Source: Candidatus Bilamarchaeaceae archaeon (GTDB taxonomy: Archaea > Micrarchaeota > Micrarchaeia > Anstonellales > Bilamarchaeaceae). Taken from it: DNA of 64,000 bases. The position numbers and the translations under genes are program-made. Under the pieces are notes generated by a model. It saw only the letters and a list, made by a program, of their open reading frames with translations. It searched no databases and was not told the DNA's origin. Below, piece after piece: positions 1-8,863 of this stretch (its first letter is position 1; the number at the start of each line of letters is the position of its first letter). The stretch is from positions 96,001 to 160,000 of the forward strand of contig JAWCKZ010000001.1 in assembly GCA_038851325.1 (NCBI GenBank), written 5' to 3'.

Positions 1-1109
1 TCGGTGTTTTTTTCTGAGGTTTTCTCAAGCATCTTCTTCTCAGCATCTGAGAGCGCACGTTGGATATTCTCAAGCGTCTCGCTGCGTAAAAGACCACCCC
101 GAGTGGCATTTAGTTCTTCAAGCTTCTTCTGAAGTTCCACCTGCTCCTTTATTCTTGTCTCTATCACAACTATGCGGTTCGATAATTCTTTTTCCTTCTT
201 CATGTCTTCAAGGAGCGCTTCCTCACACATCTTTAGCCTTCCTCTAAGCTCTGCAAGCTGTGCTTTATCTCTATTATACACTGCGATATCAACCCTCTTA
301 AGCCCCTCTTCAAGGCTCGCTACTCTACCTTTTAATTCGGCGATTTCTCTTCCAAGTTCCTCAATTCTTTTCCTCTTTTTCTCCAATTCAACATAGACGA
401 TAGAGAGCTCTCTCACTTCTTTTTCTACTTTTGCGAATGTCTTCTTCAGAGATTCTGATTCTGCGTTGATTTTACTTTCTTTCTCTTCGTATTCCATAAT
501 TGTCTTTCGAAGCTGTTCGACTCTTTTCTCGTCGTACTTCTCAAACAATGCTTGCGCCATCGCCTCAAATTTGTTTGTTATCGTGACTGTATTTGCTCGT
601 GCCTTCTCGAATCGGTCTAGGCCAAGAAGACGATCAAACTCTTCCTTTCGTCTTCTCGGGTCGAGAGACAGAAAATAGTCTATGTTGTTCTGCTCGGAAT
701 AAATCGCACGCGTAAAAAGATCATAGTCTACACCTATCGTTTCCACTATTCGCTCACTTACTGCCCTTCCACCAGTTTCCAGAAGAGTGCCATCCCTATA
801 TAGCTCAGCCCTGCTGCTCATACGGTCGTTTCTTTTTCCTATCTCGCGCATAACTTTATAGTCGCTGCCGTTCCAGGAAAATTCAAGCATTACTCTTGTG
901 GTGTTTTCGTTGTACCTAACAATATCCTCAAGCTTAAGTTGTCTTCGCTCGAGAGCAGGAAATGTCCCAAAAAGCGCAAAACTTATTCCGTCCAGAACAG
1001 CGCTCTTTCCGGAACCCATTATACCAACAAGAAGATTCGTTCCATGACTGAATTTAAGGAAAGTATCAGAGTGAGAACGCCAGTTAAAAAGTCTGATGGA
1101 ACGAATCAT
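1..1109 (-). CDS. rad50: Rad50/SbcC-like SMC-family ATPase (5' part; runs off window start)
   Basis: Not in ORF track. Manual translation from ATG at 1109 gives MIRSIRLFNWRSHSDTFLKFSHGTNLLVGIMGSGKSAVLDGISFALFG (Walker A), a Q-loop-like YSEQ, then coiled coil; GGTGAG RBS upstream. Confidence 0.8.
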   Translation of the reverse strand, partial: MIRSIRLFNWRSHSDTFLKFSHGTNLLVGIMGSGKSAVLDGISFALFGTFPALERRQLKLEDIVRYNENTTRVMLEFSWNGSDYKVMREIGKRNDRMSSRAELYRDGTLLETGGRAVSERIVETIGVDYDLFTRAIYSEQNNIDYFLSLDPRRRKEEFDRLLGLDRFEKARANTVTITNKFEAMAQALFEKYDEKRVEQLRKTIMEYEEKESKINAESESLKKTFAKVEKEVRELSIVYVELEKKRKRIEELGREIAELKGRVASLEEGLKRVDIAVYNRDKAQLAELRGRLKMCEEALLEDMKKEKELSNRIVVIETRIKEQVELQKKLEELNATRGGLLRSETLENIQRALSDAEKKMLEKTSEKNT

Positions 1110-1128
1110 CGCGACTCACCAAATCGAA

Positions 1129-1602
1129 TGCGGCCGCCGGGATTGTCAGCCTGCTGGCAAATGCTGCACGCCAGTACAAGACTTTTGAACCCGGGTCACA
1201 GGCTTTCTTCCCGAACCGCAGGGAACCTACGGTTCCCCTCAGTTTGAGGTTCCTCCTGATCCCCTCCCTTAGAGAATCCCTATGAGCAACCTAAGTTCTC
1301 CTCAGGGCTTTTGATGAAACTTTTGCCCGAACCGCAGGGAACCTACGGTTCCCCTCAGTTTGAGGCTCTCCCTGACTCCCATCTTTAAGGAGATCGCCTA
1401 CAACCTGAGAACTCTCTCAGGGCTTTTTGGGAACCTCTTGCTCTTAGAAAACCCAAGAGCATAAGTTTTCCTCAGGGTTTTGATGAAACTTTTGCCCTAA
1501 GAATATAGGAGACAAAAGTTTCTTGGAAGGCCTGAATCCTAACCATTGTCCTAAGTGTTGCCTATTGGTACTAAAGGCAAAAAGCCTCTAGACTACGGCC
1601 GC
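1129..1602 (-). tRNA. tRNA-Gly(TCC) with three introns: 15/16 (1546-1587), 37/38 (1205-1523, 319 nt), 59/60 (1143-1183)
   Basis: Spliced: GCGGCCG TA GTCT AG|TGGTTA GGAT T CAGGC CT TCC A|A GCCTG TGAC CCGGG TTCAAA|T CCCGG CGGCCGC A; BHB-like helices GTCT/ggac, CTTC/gaag, TCA/tga. Confidence 0.9.
1210..1365. repeat. 40-bp exact direct repeat (1210-1249, 1326-1365) inside tRNA-Gly intron, containing palindrome GGGAACC-TAC-GGTTCCC
   Basis: cccgaaccgcagggaacctacggttcccctcagtttgagg occurs twice, period 116. Confidence 0.95.
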
Positions 1603-1628
1603 AGTGGAGAAGAAATGTCAGATTCTGT

Positions 1629-1958
1629 TTAAATAGTTTTCCCACTACTCGAATTAAAATTTCTGGAAAGCCAATTAAAGCATCTAGCCGCTCCCTCGAA
1701 TGCACTCTGTTCAACAAGCCTCACGGCCGTCTCGAGATACCTCCTTACTCTTTCATGTAGTTCATCTTTTATCTCAGGAAGTATCAGAAACGGGTTCTGA
1801 GTACCAAGAGCGAGCGCGAATTCTCTTATAAATCGTCTTCCAGCGCTCTTCTTTATCTCTTTTATCGTCGGATTTTTTTCCTTGTCTGCAGCAAGTAGCG
1901 TTGCATCGTGAGTTTTGCGGTTTTCTGGTTTCAGGCTCCGTATGTTGCCGTGATCCAC
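1629..1958 (-). CDS. hypothetical protein
   Basis: 109-aa ORF between ATPase gene and tRNA-Gly, same strand; no motif recognised, start uncertain. Confidence 0.35.
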   Translation of the reverse strand: MDHGNIRSLKPENRKTHDATLLAADKEKNPTIKEIKKSAGRRFIREFALALGTQNPFLILPEIKDELHERVRRYLETAVRLVEQSAFEGAARCFNWLSRNFNSSSGKTI

Positions 1959-3085
1959 CTTTTGAGCATCGGGTCGACTAGGACGTATTTTCCCACTGCC
2001 TTTTTCTTGACATATGATTTTTCAATAAGGCGCTCTATCATTTTTGCAATATTTGGAAGAGGTTTGCCAATTTTTCTGGCGATACCGGACATGTTCTCAT
2101 TCCCAAGTCCTATTTCTATAAGAACACTTTTCTCCCCTGCAGAAAGCTTTTCTAAACTAGAACGAAAAACAGCATCGCCCTCCGCCAGCATCACCTTTAG
2201 GGAGTCTTCTATTACAGCTTCGGTTATTTCTTTCTTTTCGGAATCATATATCTTATCACCTAGCCATTGAAGGTAATACGGATAACCTTCAGTAACATGA
2301 TGGATCTTTTTTAGGTGTTCCTCTGTAAAAGAGAGACCTGCTTTTCTAAATTTCTCCCGCATCATCTTTATTGAAGTTGCTTCATCAAACGGACCGAGCT
2401 GATAAGGTTTCAGCAGATGAAAAAAAGGCGCAGTTTTTGGAAGTGCCATCTGCTCCAAAAGCGAGACTTCTGACCCACAAACAATTATCGATGTATTTTT
2501 CCATCTTTGGATGATAGCTCTTATTGCCCAGACGGTATTCTTCTCGAGTTCCTCAACCATCTGAAATTCATCAAATATCAGAATAGCCCGGCTCTTTGTT
2601 TCCCTCCCAAGACTTTCTGCTACACCAAACGATTTTTTGATCAAATCCTGAAGACTGGCTTTCTTTTCCTTGAAACTCACTTTGACTTGCAAATAATCCT
2701 TTATGGAAACCCCAACCTCGGTACTTCTCAGCAACGCAGCCAATGCTTCCCCGGAACCTTTTAGTGCCTCGATCAACCGGCTTTTTATCTCCCTCTTTGG
2801 CCTAAACGCATCCACGCATTTCAAGAATAGTTGATCGTGAAAAGACTCTATGTCGAAGGGATGCAGACTGGAAACATCAAAATACACAGGGGTTGCAGAA
2901 CTCTTCTTTTTCACCCTATTGACAAACTCTTCCAGAAGGGAGGTCTTTCCGATCCGCCTGGGACCGTATATGACATAACCAAGTTTGCCTCTTTTAACCA
3001 GGTCCCTATAAAGCATTTCGAGCACTTTTTCTCTGCCGTAGAAATCTTTTCCAACTACTGGGCCACCGACCTTAAACAAAGTCAT
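1931..3085 (-). CDS. archaeal AAA ATPase (ATPase_2 family) with C-terminal winged HTH
   Basis: FYGRE, Walker A GPRRIGKTS, Walker B IFDEFQ, TEGYPYYLQ, C-terminal HTH. Confidence 0.85.
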   Translation of the reverse strand: MTLFKVGGPVVGKDFYGREKVLEMLYRDLVKRGKLGYVIYGPRRIGKTSLLEEFVNRVKKKSSATPVYFDVSSLHPFDIESFHDQLFLKCVDAFRPKREIKSRLIEALKGSGEALAALLRSTEVGVSIKDYLQVKVSFKEKKASLQDLIKKSFGVAESLGRETKSRAILIFDEFQMVEELEKNTVWAIRAIIQRWKNTSIIVCGSEVSLLEQMALPKTAPFFHLLKPYQLGPFDEATSIKMMREKFRKAGLSFTEEHLKKIHHVTEGYPYYLQWLGDKIYDSEKKEITEAVIEDSLKVMLAEGDAVFRSSLEKLSAGEKSVLIEIGLGNENMSGIARKIGKPLPNIAKMIERLIEKSYVKKKAVGKYVLVDPMLKRWITATYGA

Positions 3086-3097
3086 GTTATCCCCTTA

Positions 3098-3143
3098 ATT
3101 GACATTTTTGTCTATTGACATTTTTGTCAATAATACATATAAA
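3098..3143 (-). promoter_or_regulatory. two tandem palindromic operator-like sites just downstream of the TATA box of the ATPase gene
   Basis: ATTGACATTTTTGTCT (3098-3113) and ATTGACATTTTTGTCAAT (3114-3131); TTTATATG on minus strand at 3136-3143. Confidence 0.6.
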
Positions 3144-3253
3144 CCTTTGCTTATTGCTACACCAGATGCAGTTTCGGCCCAGCAATTATCAAAATCCAAA
3201 TGAAAAAATAATGAAAATCAGCATGTGCCAGAATCTACTTTTTTGATGGAAAA

Positions 3254-4207
3254 ATGGGCCCGCGGAGCCGCCTGATGGCAGTTTCCTGTTCAGAGTTGCC
3301 AGTTTCCAGACGTGAAAACGGAGGGTTTTCCGTTCCGGGCAACCAGTTCCCGGAATGCAGTGAAGAACGACCTGCCTGGAAAGCAAAGCAAATCTCAAAA
3401 GAGCTTACGGCTAAATGGCCTGAAATAAAGCGGGAAATGGAGTTCTTAGGCCGCTATCTGACAAAATGGAATCTGGTAAAGGCTATAACAATCCTGTCAG
3501 AAGCGAGAAAAAGCCGGTTTTTGAGAAGGAAAACACCAAAGTATGGCTCTATGAACAAGGGGTTTACGGAAGAGGAATTAGAGCGGTTTTTCAGCGTTAT
3601 AGATGACCCTAAGCTGCATCTTCTCTTCAACTTCCAGGCAATAATGGGGTTGAGGATTGGAGAAGCAGTGCGGGTCAATATCAAAGACGTAAACTTGAAG
3701 ACAAGAGAACTCCGCATCTTTACAGAGAAAACGGGCAAGACAGATTATCTCCTGCTGCCTTTGGACCTGTTCGATGCCGTGCTTCAGTATATCGCAGACT
3801 ACGAGAAGGAGATAACCGCATGCAAGGGCTTTCTCTTCTTCTCAATGGTGCAGTCCAGGACAACACAGTTTACAGAGCCGCACATAACAACAGATACGGC
3901 GAGGGTATTCTTTCATGAATACGTAAGAAAAGCCAAGCTTGAGGAAATTTACGGCTACACCACGACGCCGCATCCAAGGCCGTTATACCGCCTCACGCCA
4001 CACAGTTTGAGGCACTATGCAGTTACGAACTTCTGCAGGAAAAACGGCGGGAACGTTGCATTGACGGCCAAGTTTGCAAGGCATACGAACCTACAAACCA
4101 CGATGATATACATCCACAGCAAAAAGGAGGAGCTTTACGAGTGCATCGAGCGGGCGAATGACGACAGGCTGCTAAGAAGAGTGAGGGAGATGCAAGACAG
4201 GATTTAA
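3254..4207 (+). CDS. int: tyrosine recombinase/integrase, C-terminal portion int(C)
   Basis: GLRIGE (R), HSLRH (HxxR), FARH, TTMIY (Y); ORF begins inside the att repeat. Confidence 0.92.
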   Translation: MGPRSRLMAVSCSELPVSRRENGGFSVPGNQFPECSEERPAWKAKQISKELTAKWPEIKREMEFLGRYLTKWNLVKAITILSEARKSRFLRRKTPKYGSMNKGFTEEELERFFSVIDDPKLHLLFNFQAIMGLRIGEAVRVNIKDVNLKTRELRIFTEKTGKTDYLLLPLDLFDAVLQYIADYEKEITACKGFLFFSMVQSRTTQFTEPHITTDTARVFFHEYVRKAKLEEIYGYTTTPHPRPLYRLTPHSLRHYAVTNFCRKNGGNVALTAKFARHTNLQTTMIYIHSKKEELYECIERANDDRLLRRVREMQDRI

Positions 4208-4266
4208 CAAAAATGCAGGAAGGCTAAAGGCAAATCATTTAAACATGATTTGGTTTATTAGACGCC

Positions 4267-4992
4267 ATGGCAGACGCATTTTTATGGATAATCGTCTCGG
4301 CCATTGCGGATTCCCTGCTCGGCTTTGTCGGCATATTCTCACTGTGGCTCAACCGGCATGACCTCAACAAAATCGCAAATGTACTCATGGCGTTCGCTGC
4401 CGGCAGCCTGCTTGGAGCCGCATTCTTTCATCTATTGCCCGAATCGCTTGAAAAAATAGATGCCGAGCAGGCATTTACGCTGACGCTTGCGGGTTTCATA
4501 CTTTTCATCTTCCTCGAATCTTACTTCCATTGGCATAGATGCAAATGCGGCGTCCACCCTTTCTCCTTCGTGATGCTGGTAGGCGACGGAGTGCATAATT
4601 TTCTTGGAGGCCTGGTGCTTGCAGCAAGTTTTTTTGTAAGCACGGCATTGGGCATTGCCACCATAGTCGCGATAATCGCCCATGAATTCCCACAGCAGCT
4701 CGGCATCTTCGGCGTGCTGATAAGAGGCGGTTTTTCGAGAAACAGGGCCCTGGTATTCAGCTTCCTCGCGCAATCCACCATAATTATAGGCGCTCTTGTC
4801 GGGTATTATCTTTCGGGCACAATCGAGATTTTTAGCGCCTTTCTTATTCCGTTTGCAGCGGGGAATTTCATATACATAGCTTCGTCCGACCTTATACCCG
4901 AGATGCACAAGTCAAAAGGCTTGGAACTGCTGAAAGGCTTGGCGGTATTTCTCATGGGAGTGGCGTTGATGTGGGTATTGGCGGTCCGCTGA
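4267..4992 (+). CDS. ZIP-family metal transporter
   Basis: AFAAGSLLG..FFHLLPES, GDGVHNF, IAHEFPQQLG motifs; multiple TM helices. Confidence 0.9.
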   Translation: MADAFLWIIVSAIADSLLGFVGIFSLWLNRHDLNKIANVLMAFAAGSLLGAAFFHLLPESLEKIDAEQAFTLTLAGFILFIFLESYFHWHRCKCGVHPFSFVMLVGDGVHNFLGGLVLAASFFVSTALGIATIVAIIAHEFPQQLGIFGVLIRGGFSRNRALVFSFLAQSTIIIGALVGYYLSGTIEIFSAFLIPFAAGNFIYIASSDLIPEMHKSKGLELLKGLAVFLMGVALMWVLAVR

Positions 4993-5050
4993 TTAGCCTA
5001 TGCGCGGCTGCCTTGGCAAGGATTTTATGTTTTACTGAAAATATTATCGC

Positions 5051-5371
5051 ATGATAGTCCGTGCGCCCCTCGCAGATATAAAAAAAGACGGCACCATAAA
5101 CTGCAGGGTATGCGCCCGCCGGTGCACAATAGCGAAAGGCGGAACCGGATTTTGCGGGATACGCAGGAACGTCGATGGCAGATTAGACCTTATCGTTTAT
5201 GGAAGGCCCGCGGCATTCGCCATAGACCCGATAGAAAAGAAGCCGCAATTCCATTTCCTGCCCGGCACGAGCGCTTATTCTCTCGGGACGTATGGTTGCA
5301 CCTTCATCTGCAAGTTCTGCTGCTCTTCCTTAAGACAGGTCTCGCAAAGCCACCGGTTATTCCACAGGTAA
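5051..5371 (+). pseudogene. truncated AmmeMemoRadiSam-type radical SAM enzyme (N-terminus only)
   Basis: CRVCARRC..GFCGIR..DPIEKKP..GCTFICKFC; similarity ends right at the CxxxCxxC motif. Confidence 0.8.
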
Positions 5372-5466
5372 AGCACCGGGGCGGCCCTGCCGCAACGCTC
5401 GCATGTTTCAGGATAAACAAGTATCTGAAGGCGGGGCCTTTGCTTTCCTTTGTCAGCATTATCCAT
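5275..5466 (-). CDS. small Zn-finger protein (probably 3'-truncated)
   Basis: CERC...WLCETC; 3' end overlaps the radical SAM remnant. Confidence 0.45.
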   Translation of the reverse strand: MDNADKGKQRPRLQILVYPETCERCGRAAPVLYLWNNRWLCETCLKEEQQNLQMKVQPYVPRE

Positions 5467-5528
5467 GTGCTTTCACGGTTGAGTTTCCCGGAGCGGATTT
5501 ATAAATATATTCATTCTTACTTATATTC

Positions 5529-5777
5529 ATGAACACTGACATAATAAATGCCGTATCATCCGAAACTAGGCTGAAGATGCTGGCGGAGATCGGGAAGCGT
5601 GAGATATGCGCATGCAGACTGCCAGCAATCGTGAAGAAGACCCAACCTGCGGTGTCCCAGCATCTTGGCGTGCTGAGGGAAGCCGACCTGGTGAAATCGA
5701 GAAAGGACGGGGCGAAGGTGCTCTACTCGCTTACTGAAAAGGGAAAGCGGGTATTGAGCGACATAAAAAGGTGGTAG
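5529..5777 (+). CDS. ArsR/SmtB-family transcriptional regulator
   Basis: TRLKML..EICAC..TQPAVSQHLGVLREADLV..RKDG..VLYSL. Confidence 0.9.
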   Translation: MNTDIINAVSSETRLKMLAEIGKREICACRLPAIVKKTQPAVSQHLGVLREADLVKSRKDGAKVLYSLTEKGKRVLSDIKRW

Positions 5778-5778
5778 A

Positions 5779-6174
5779 ATGAAGATTGAAATACTCGGAA
5801 GCGGATGCATGAACTGCAAAAAGCTGGAGGAAAACGCAAGGAAGGCGGTTGAAAAAGCAGGCAAAAAGGCGGAGATAGTGAAGGTGACGGACTTTGGGGA
5901 GATAGCCTCTTACGGAGTAATGAGGACGCCGGCGCTTGTAATAGACGGCACGGTAAAATCCGCAGGAACGATACCGATAGTGCAGGCATTGATGGCAAAG
6001 GGGATGGCTACGGGAACGGCGCTCGTGCTTATGATGAGCATTACCGCATTGTCATTCCCGCAGCTGCTGATACTTAGGAAAGTGATCAAAATTAAGCTGC
6101 TTGCGCTGCTTGTGGCGATACTTGCGGCTGCTTTTATAATAACAGGATACATATTCAACTTCCTGATAGGGTGA
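5779..6174 (+). CDS. MTH895-like thioredoxin fused to C-terminal fragment of ArsP/DUF318 permease
   Basis: MKIEILGSGCMNC...TPALVIDG followed by TIPIVQALMAKG..GTAL..MM.ITALS.P..LRKVIK. Confidence 0.7.
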   Translation: MKIEILGSGCMNCKKLEENARKAVEKAGKKAEIVKVTDFGEIASYGVMRTPALVIDGTVKSAGTIPIVQALMAKGMATGTALVLMMSITALSFPQLLILRKVIKIKLLALLVAILAAAFIITGYIFNFLIG

Positions 6175-6180
6175 TGAGCT

Positions 6181-6543
6181 ATGGCTGACGACAAGAAATT
6201 TTCGGAATGGCATGGAATTCCAAGGGACAGGATAAAATGGAATCCTGCTGTAGACAAAAGCAAATGCACCGGATGCGGGATGTGCATAACAGGATGCGGC
6301 AGGAACGTCTACGACTGGGACGTGAAGAGCAACAAACCGGTTGTCGCAAGGCCGAATAACTGCCTTGTGGGCTGCGTGACCTGCTCGAACACCTGCCTTT
6401 TCAATGCGATAAGCTTTCCGGACAAGGCGGAAATTAAAAAAATAATCGTGGAAAACGGCGTTATTGCGCGGGCAAAGGAGGAACTTGAAAAGAAATTGAA
6501 GGGAGCCTCGGAAAAGCCGGCAGGCTGTTGCGGAGGAAAATAA
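6181..6543 (+). CDS. 2x[4Fe-4S] ferredoxin
   Basis: CTGCGMCITGC and CLVGCVTCSNTC. Confidence 0.9.
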   Translation: MADDKKFSEWHGIPRDRIKWNPAVDKSKCTGCGMCITGCGRNVYDWDVKSNKPVVARPNNCLVGCVTCSNTCLFNAISFPDKAEIKKIIVENGVIARAKEELEKKLKGASEKPAGCCGGK

Positions 6544-6575
6544 ATTGTATTCAGGGTTTTGGAGGTGTGGCTGAT

Positions 6576-6881
6576 ATGATGAAATGCACCAACTGCTTTA
6601 AGAAATACGAAAAAGAGGAAAAATGCAGCCAGTGTGGAACAGAGCTCGGGACTGAATTCATATGCATCAGGATAGAGGAAAAATCAGCCCACTTCTGTTC
6701 GAAAACATGCGCCAATAAAGTACTTGTTGCCGCATCTTATCCGCCTGATAGGCCGGTAGCCAAAGGGCCGGCGGGAGGATACGAATGCAGGAAGTGCGGG
6801 TATCATTTCTTGCCAGAGGATATGGAGGAGGCTCCGAAACTGTGCCCGGCATGCGCCAGCCCCGACCTGACGAGGCTGTGA
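6576..6881 (+). CDS. Cys-rich metal-binding protein (TRASH/rubredoxin-like Zn ribbons)
   Basis: CSQCG..HFCSKTC, ECRKCG..CPAC; ATG at 6576 after GGAGGTG. Confidence 0.65.
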   Translation: MMKCTNCFKKYEKEEKCSQCGTELGTEFICIRIEEKSAHFCSKTCANKVLVAASYPPDRPVAKGPAGGYECRKCGYHFLPEDMEEAPKLCPACASPDLTRL

Positions 6882-6914
6882 ATTTCCACGAATGATTGAA
6901 AACGGGGTTATTGA

Positions 6915-7145
6915 ATGGAAGTGATTCTATACACCGCACCCGGTTGCCCATATTGCGTGCTGGTCAAGAATTTCCTTAAGCAGAACAATATAAAATTCGA
7001 AGAAGTGGACCTTTCCAAAAATCCTGATGCGGCAAAGCGGGTATCTGAAAAAACAGGAGTCAGGAGCGTGCCGGTGACGGAAATAAACGGAAACTTCGTT
7101 GTAGGCTACGATATCAAAAAAATAAGGGAATTGCTGGGGTTGTGA
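6915..7145 (+). CDS. glutaredoxin (NrdH-like)
   Basis: YTAPGCPYC, SVPVTEING..VVGY. Confidence 0.9.
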   Translation: MEVILYTAPGCPYCVLVKNFLKQNNIKFEEVDLSKNPDAAKRVSEKTGVRSVPVTEINGNFVVGYDIKKIRELLGL

Positions 7146-8345
7146 ATGGTGAATCTTATAGAGCCGGTGCAGGAATTTCTGAAAGAAAAATTCAATCTGT
7201 ACCTGGTGGCAGTGCTGCTCGTGCTGGGGCTGGCAGTTTTCTTCAGCGGAGCAGGGGAACAGCTGCTGCAGGAAGAAAAATTCACTGTTCATGTGTTCTA
7301 CCTGCCGACCTGCCCGCACTGCGCAGAGCAAAAGCCGATAATAAACGAGCTTGCGCAGGAAATGGAAAACGTTTCATTCCTGTTCCATGATGCATCCACG
7401 CCGGATGGAATTGCGCTGTTTTACCGGCTTGCCGCAGAGTCCGGGCTGGACACCTCCGGCCTTGGGGTTCCGACAACATTCGTTGGCAAAAAAGCGCTGG
7501 TAGGGGTGCACTCGAAAGAGGACCTGATTGCAGCCATCCAATACTGCCAGGAGAACTGCACTGTAGGGGAAAAAACCGGATACCAGGAAAGCGCCACTGC
7601 AGTCACCGAATTCGACCTGCCGTTTTTCGGCCGCACCGACCTGCTGTCCGTCTCCCTTCCGGTGCTGGCGATAACGCTCGGCCTTGTGGACGGCTTCAAT
7701 CCCTGCGCGATGTGGGTTCTCGTTTACCTGATAGGCCTGCTTTTGAACGTAGATGACAAGAGGAAGTTCTGGTTGATAATCGGGAGTTTTGTCCTTGCCT
7801 CCGGAGTGCTCTACTTCCTGTTTATGACCGCGTGGCTTAATGCGTTTCTCATAATCGGCTATCTGCGGCCGGTCACTATCCTGATTGGCATTGTCGCGCT
7901 TGGGGGCGGGGCACTGAGCCTGAAGGAGTATCTTACTGCCAAGGGCGCGCTCGCGTGCAAAATCGGGAACGAGGAAAGCCACAGTAAAACCGAGAGCAAA
8001 ATCCAGCATATCATATCGCAGCCGCTGTCCATCGGGATATTGATATCCATAATGGCGCTTGCATTCGTCGTCAACTCGGTCGAATTCGCATGCTCGTCCG
8101 CAATCCCGGCCGTCTTCACGCAGGTTTTGGCATTGAAGGACATCGGCGCCATAGAAAGATACGCGTACATACTTCTTTACGATATTTTCTTCATGCTGGA
8201 CGACCTGATAATATTCGGCATGGCCGGCCTTGCCATAAGCAGCAGCGTCGGGGAAAAATACGCGAAATACTGCAAGCTTATTGGCGGGATAATAATGGTC
8301 GCGCTTGGCCTGATGCTGCTGTTCGCCCCGCAGCTTTTGAGATGA
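7146..8345 (+). CDS. thioredoxin-domain membrane protein (CcdA/cytochrome c biogenesis-like)
   Basis: CPHC thioredoxin domain, then DGFNPCAMWVL and VEFACS TM motifs. Confidence 0.8.
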   Translation: MVNLIEPVQEFLKEKFNLYLVAVLLVLGLAVFFSGAGEQLLQEEKFTVHVFYLPTCPHCAEQKPIINELAQEMENVSFLFHDASTPDGIALFYRLAAESGLDTSGLGVPTTFVGKKALVGVHSKEDLIAAIQYCQENCTVGEKTGYQESATAVTEFDLPFFGRTDLLSVSLPVLAITLGLVDGFNPCAMWVLVYLIGLLLNVDDKRKFWLIIGSFVLASGVLYFLFMTAWLNAFLIIGYLRPVTILIGIVALGGGALSLKEYLTAKGALACKIGNEESHSKTESKIQHIISQPLSIGILISIMALAFVVNSVEFACSSAIPAVFTQVLALKDIGAIERYAYILLYDIFFMLDDLIIFGMAGLAISSSVGEKYAKYCKLIGGIIMVALGLMLLFAPQLLR

Positions 8346-8465
8346 TTGCTTTGCGTTTTCATTTATGATAAAGGGCGTCTATAAACTTTCTAATCGGATA
8401 AAAACGGGTATAACTAATAGACGGATAGAAGAGAATGTCGCTCGTTCTTGGCTTCGCCATGCTCA

Positions 8466-8605
8466 TTTTAATCCTTTCCCCATCGCTCAACACAAAATCA
8501 TTTAATGCTCAAGCTGCCCTGAGGGCAGTTCGGCCTGACGGCCGAAAGCAATAATATGATTTTGGTCTCGCTTCCTGGGTCGGCTTGCGCCTAAAGGGAA
8601 TAAAA
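8466..8605. other. large branched stem-loop in non-coding part of the integrated element
   Basis: CAAAATCAT (8493-8501)/ATGATTTTG (8556-8564) encloses hairpins GCTGCCC-TGA-GGGCAGT and TTCGGCC-TGAC-GGCCGAA. Confidence 0.55.
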
Positions 8606-8863
8606 ATCGCACCGAACTCGCTCCTTGAGTGCCAATTTTTGCCGAAAGTTTGCTCGCTTCACTTCCCTCAGCCCTAGAAATCAAAATTGGGCTTCGTCGT
8701 GAAGCTCGCTAAAAACTTCCTAAGGAGGAGTCCGGAGGAAGGGAAGGTGATGGGATGAAACTGAAACAAAAAAGAATTTGGGAATTTGAAGGAAAAACGG
8801 AAGACGGAGAAGGTAGGGCTGAATGGGAAGAAGATGGCATATATTATTCCTGGGGTGATGAAG

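Noticed and set aside
172..678. Plus-strand Ser/Phe-rich ORFs
   Set aside because: Antisense shadows of the Rad50-like coiled coil; the same holds for most short antisense ORFs in the track
939..1247. Track ORFs overlapping tRNA loci (also 9397-9652, 24087-24744, 61075-61299)
   Set aside because: They overlap tRNA exons/introns or real genes; repeated peptides just reflect intron repeats
1311..1375. Box C/D sRNA (TGATGA...CTGA) in tRNA-Gly intron
   Set aside because: Boxes are antisense to the tRNA, guide spacing is wrong, and box C is not conserved in other module copies
1205..1523. Group I/II intron or homing endonuclease in the long tRNA introns
   Set aside because: No catalytic core elements or ORF seen; boundaries fit BHB-type endonuclease splicing
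8513..8552. Hammerhead ribozyme (CTGA...GAAA)
   Set aside because: Core CUGANGA is not matched (CTGAGGG, CTGACGG) and the CTGA bases lie in hairpin loops
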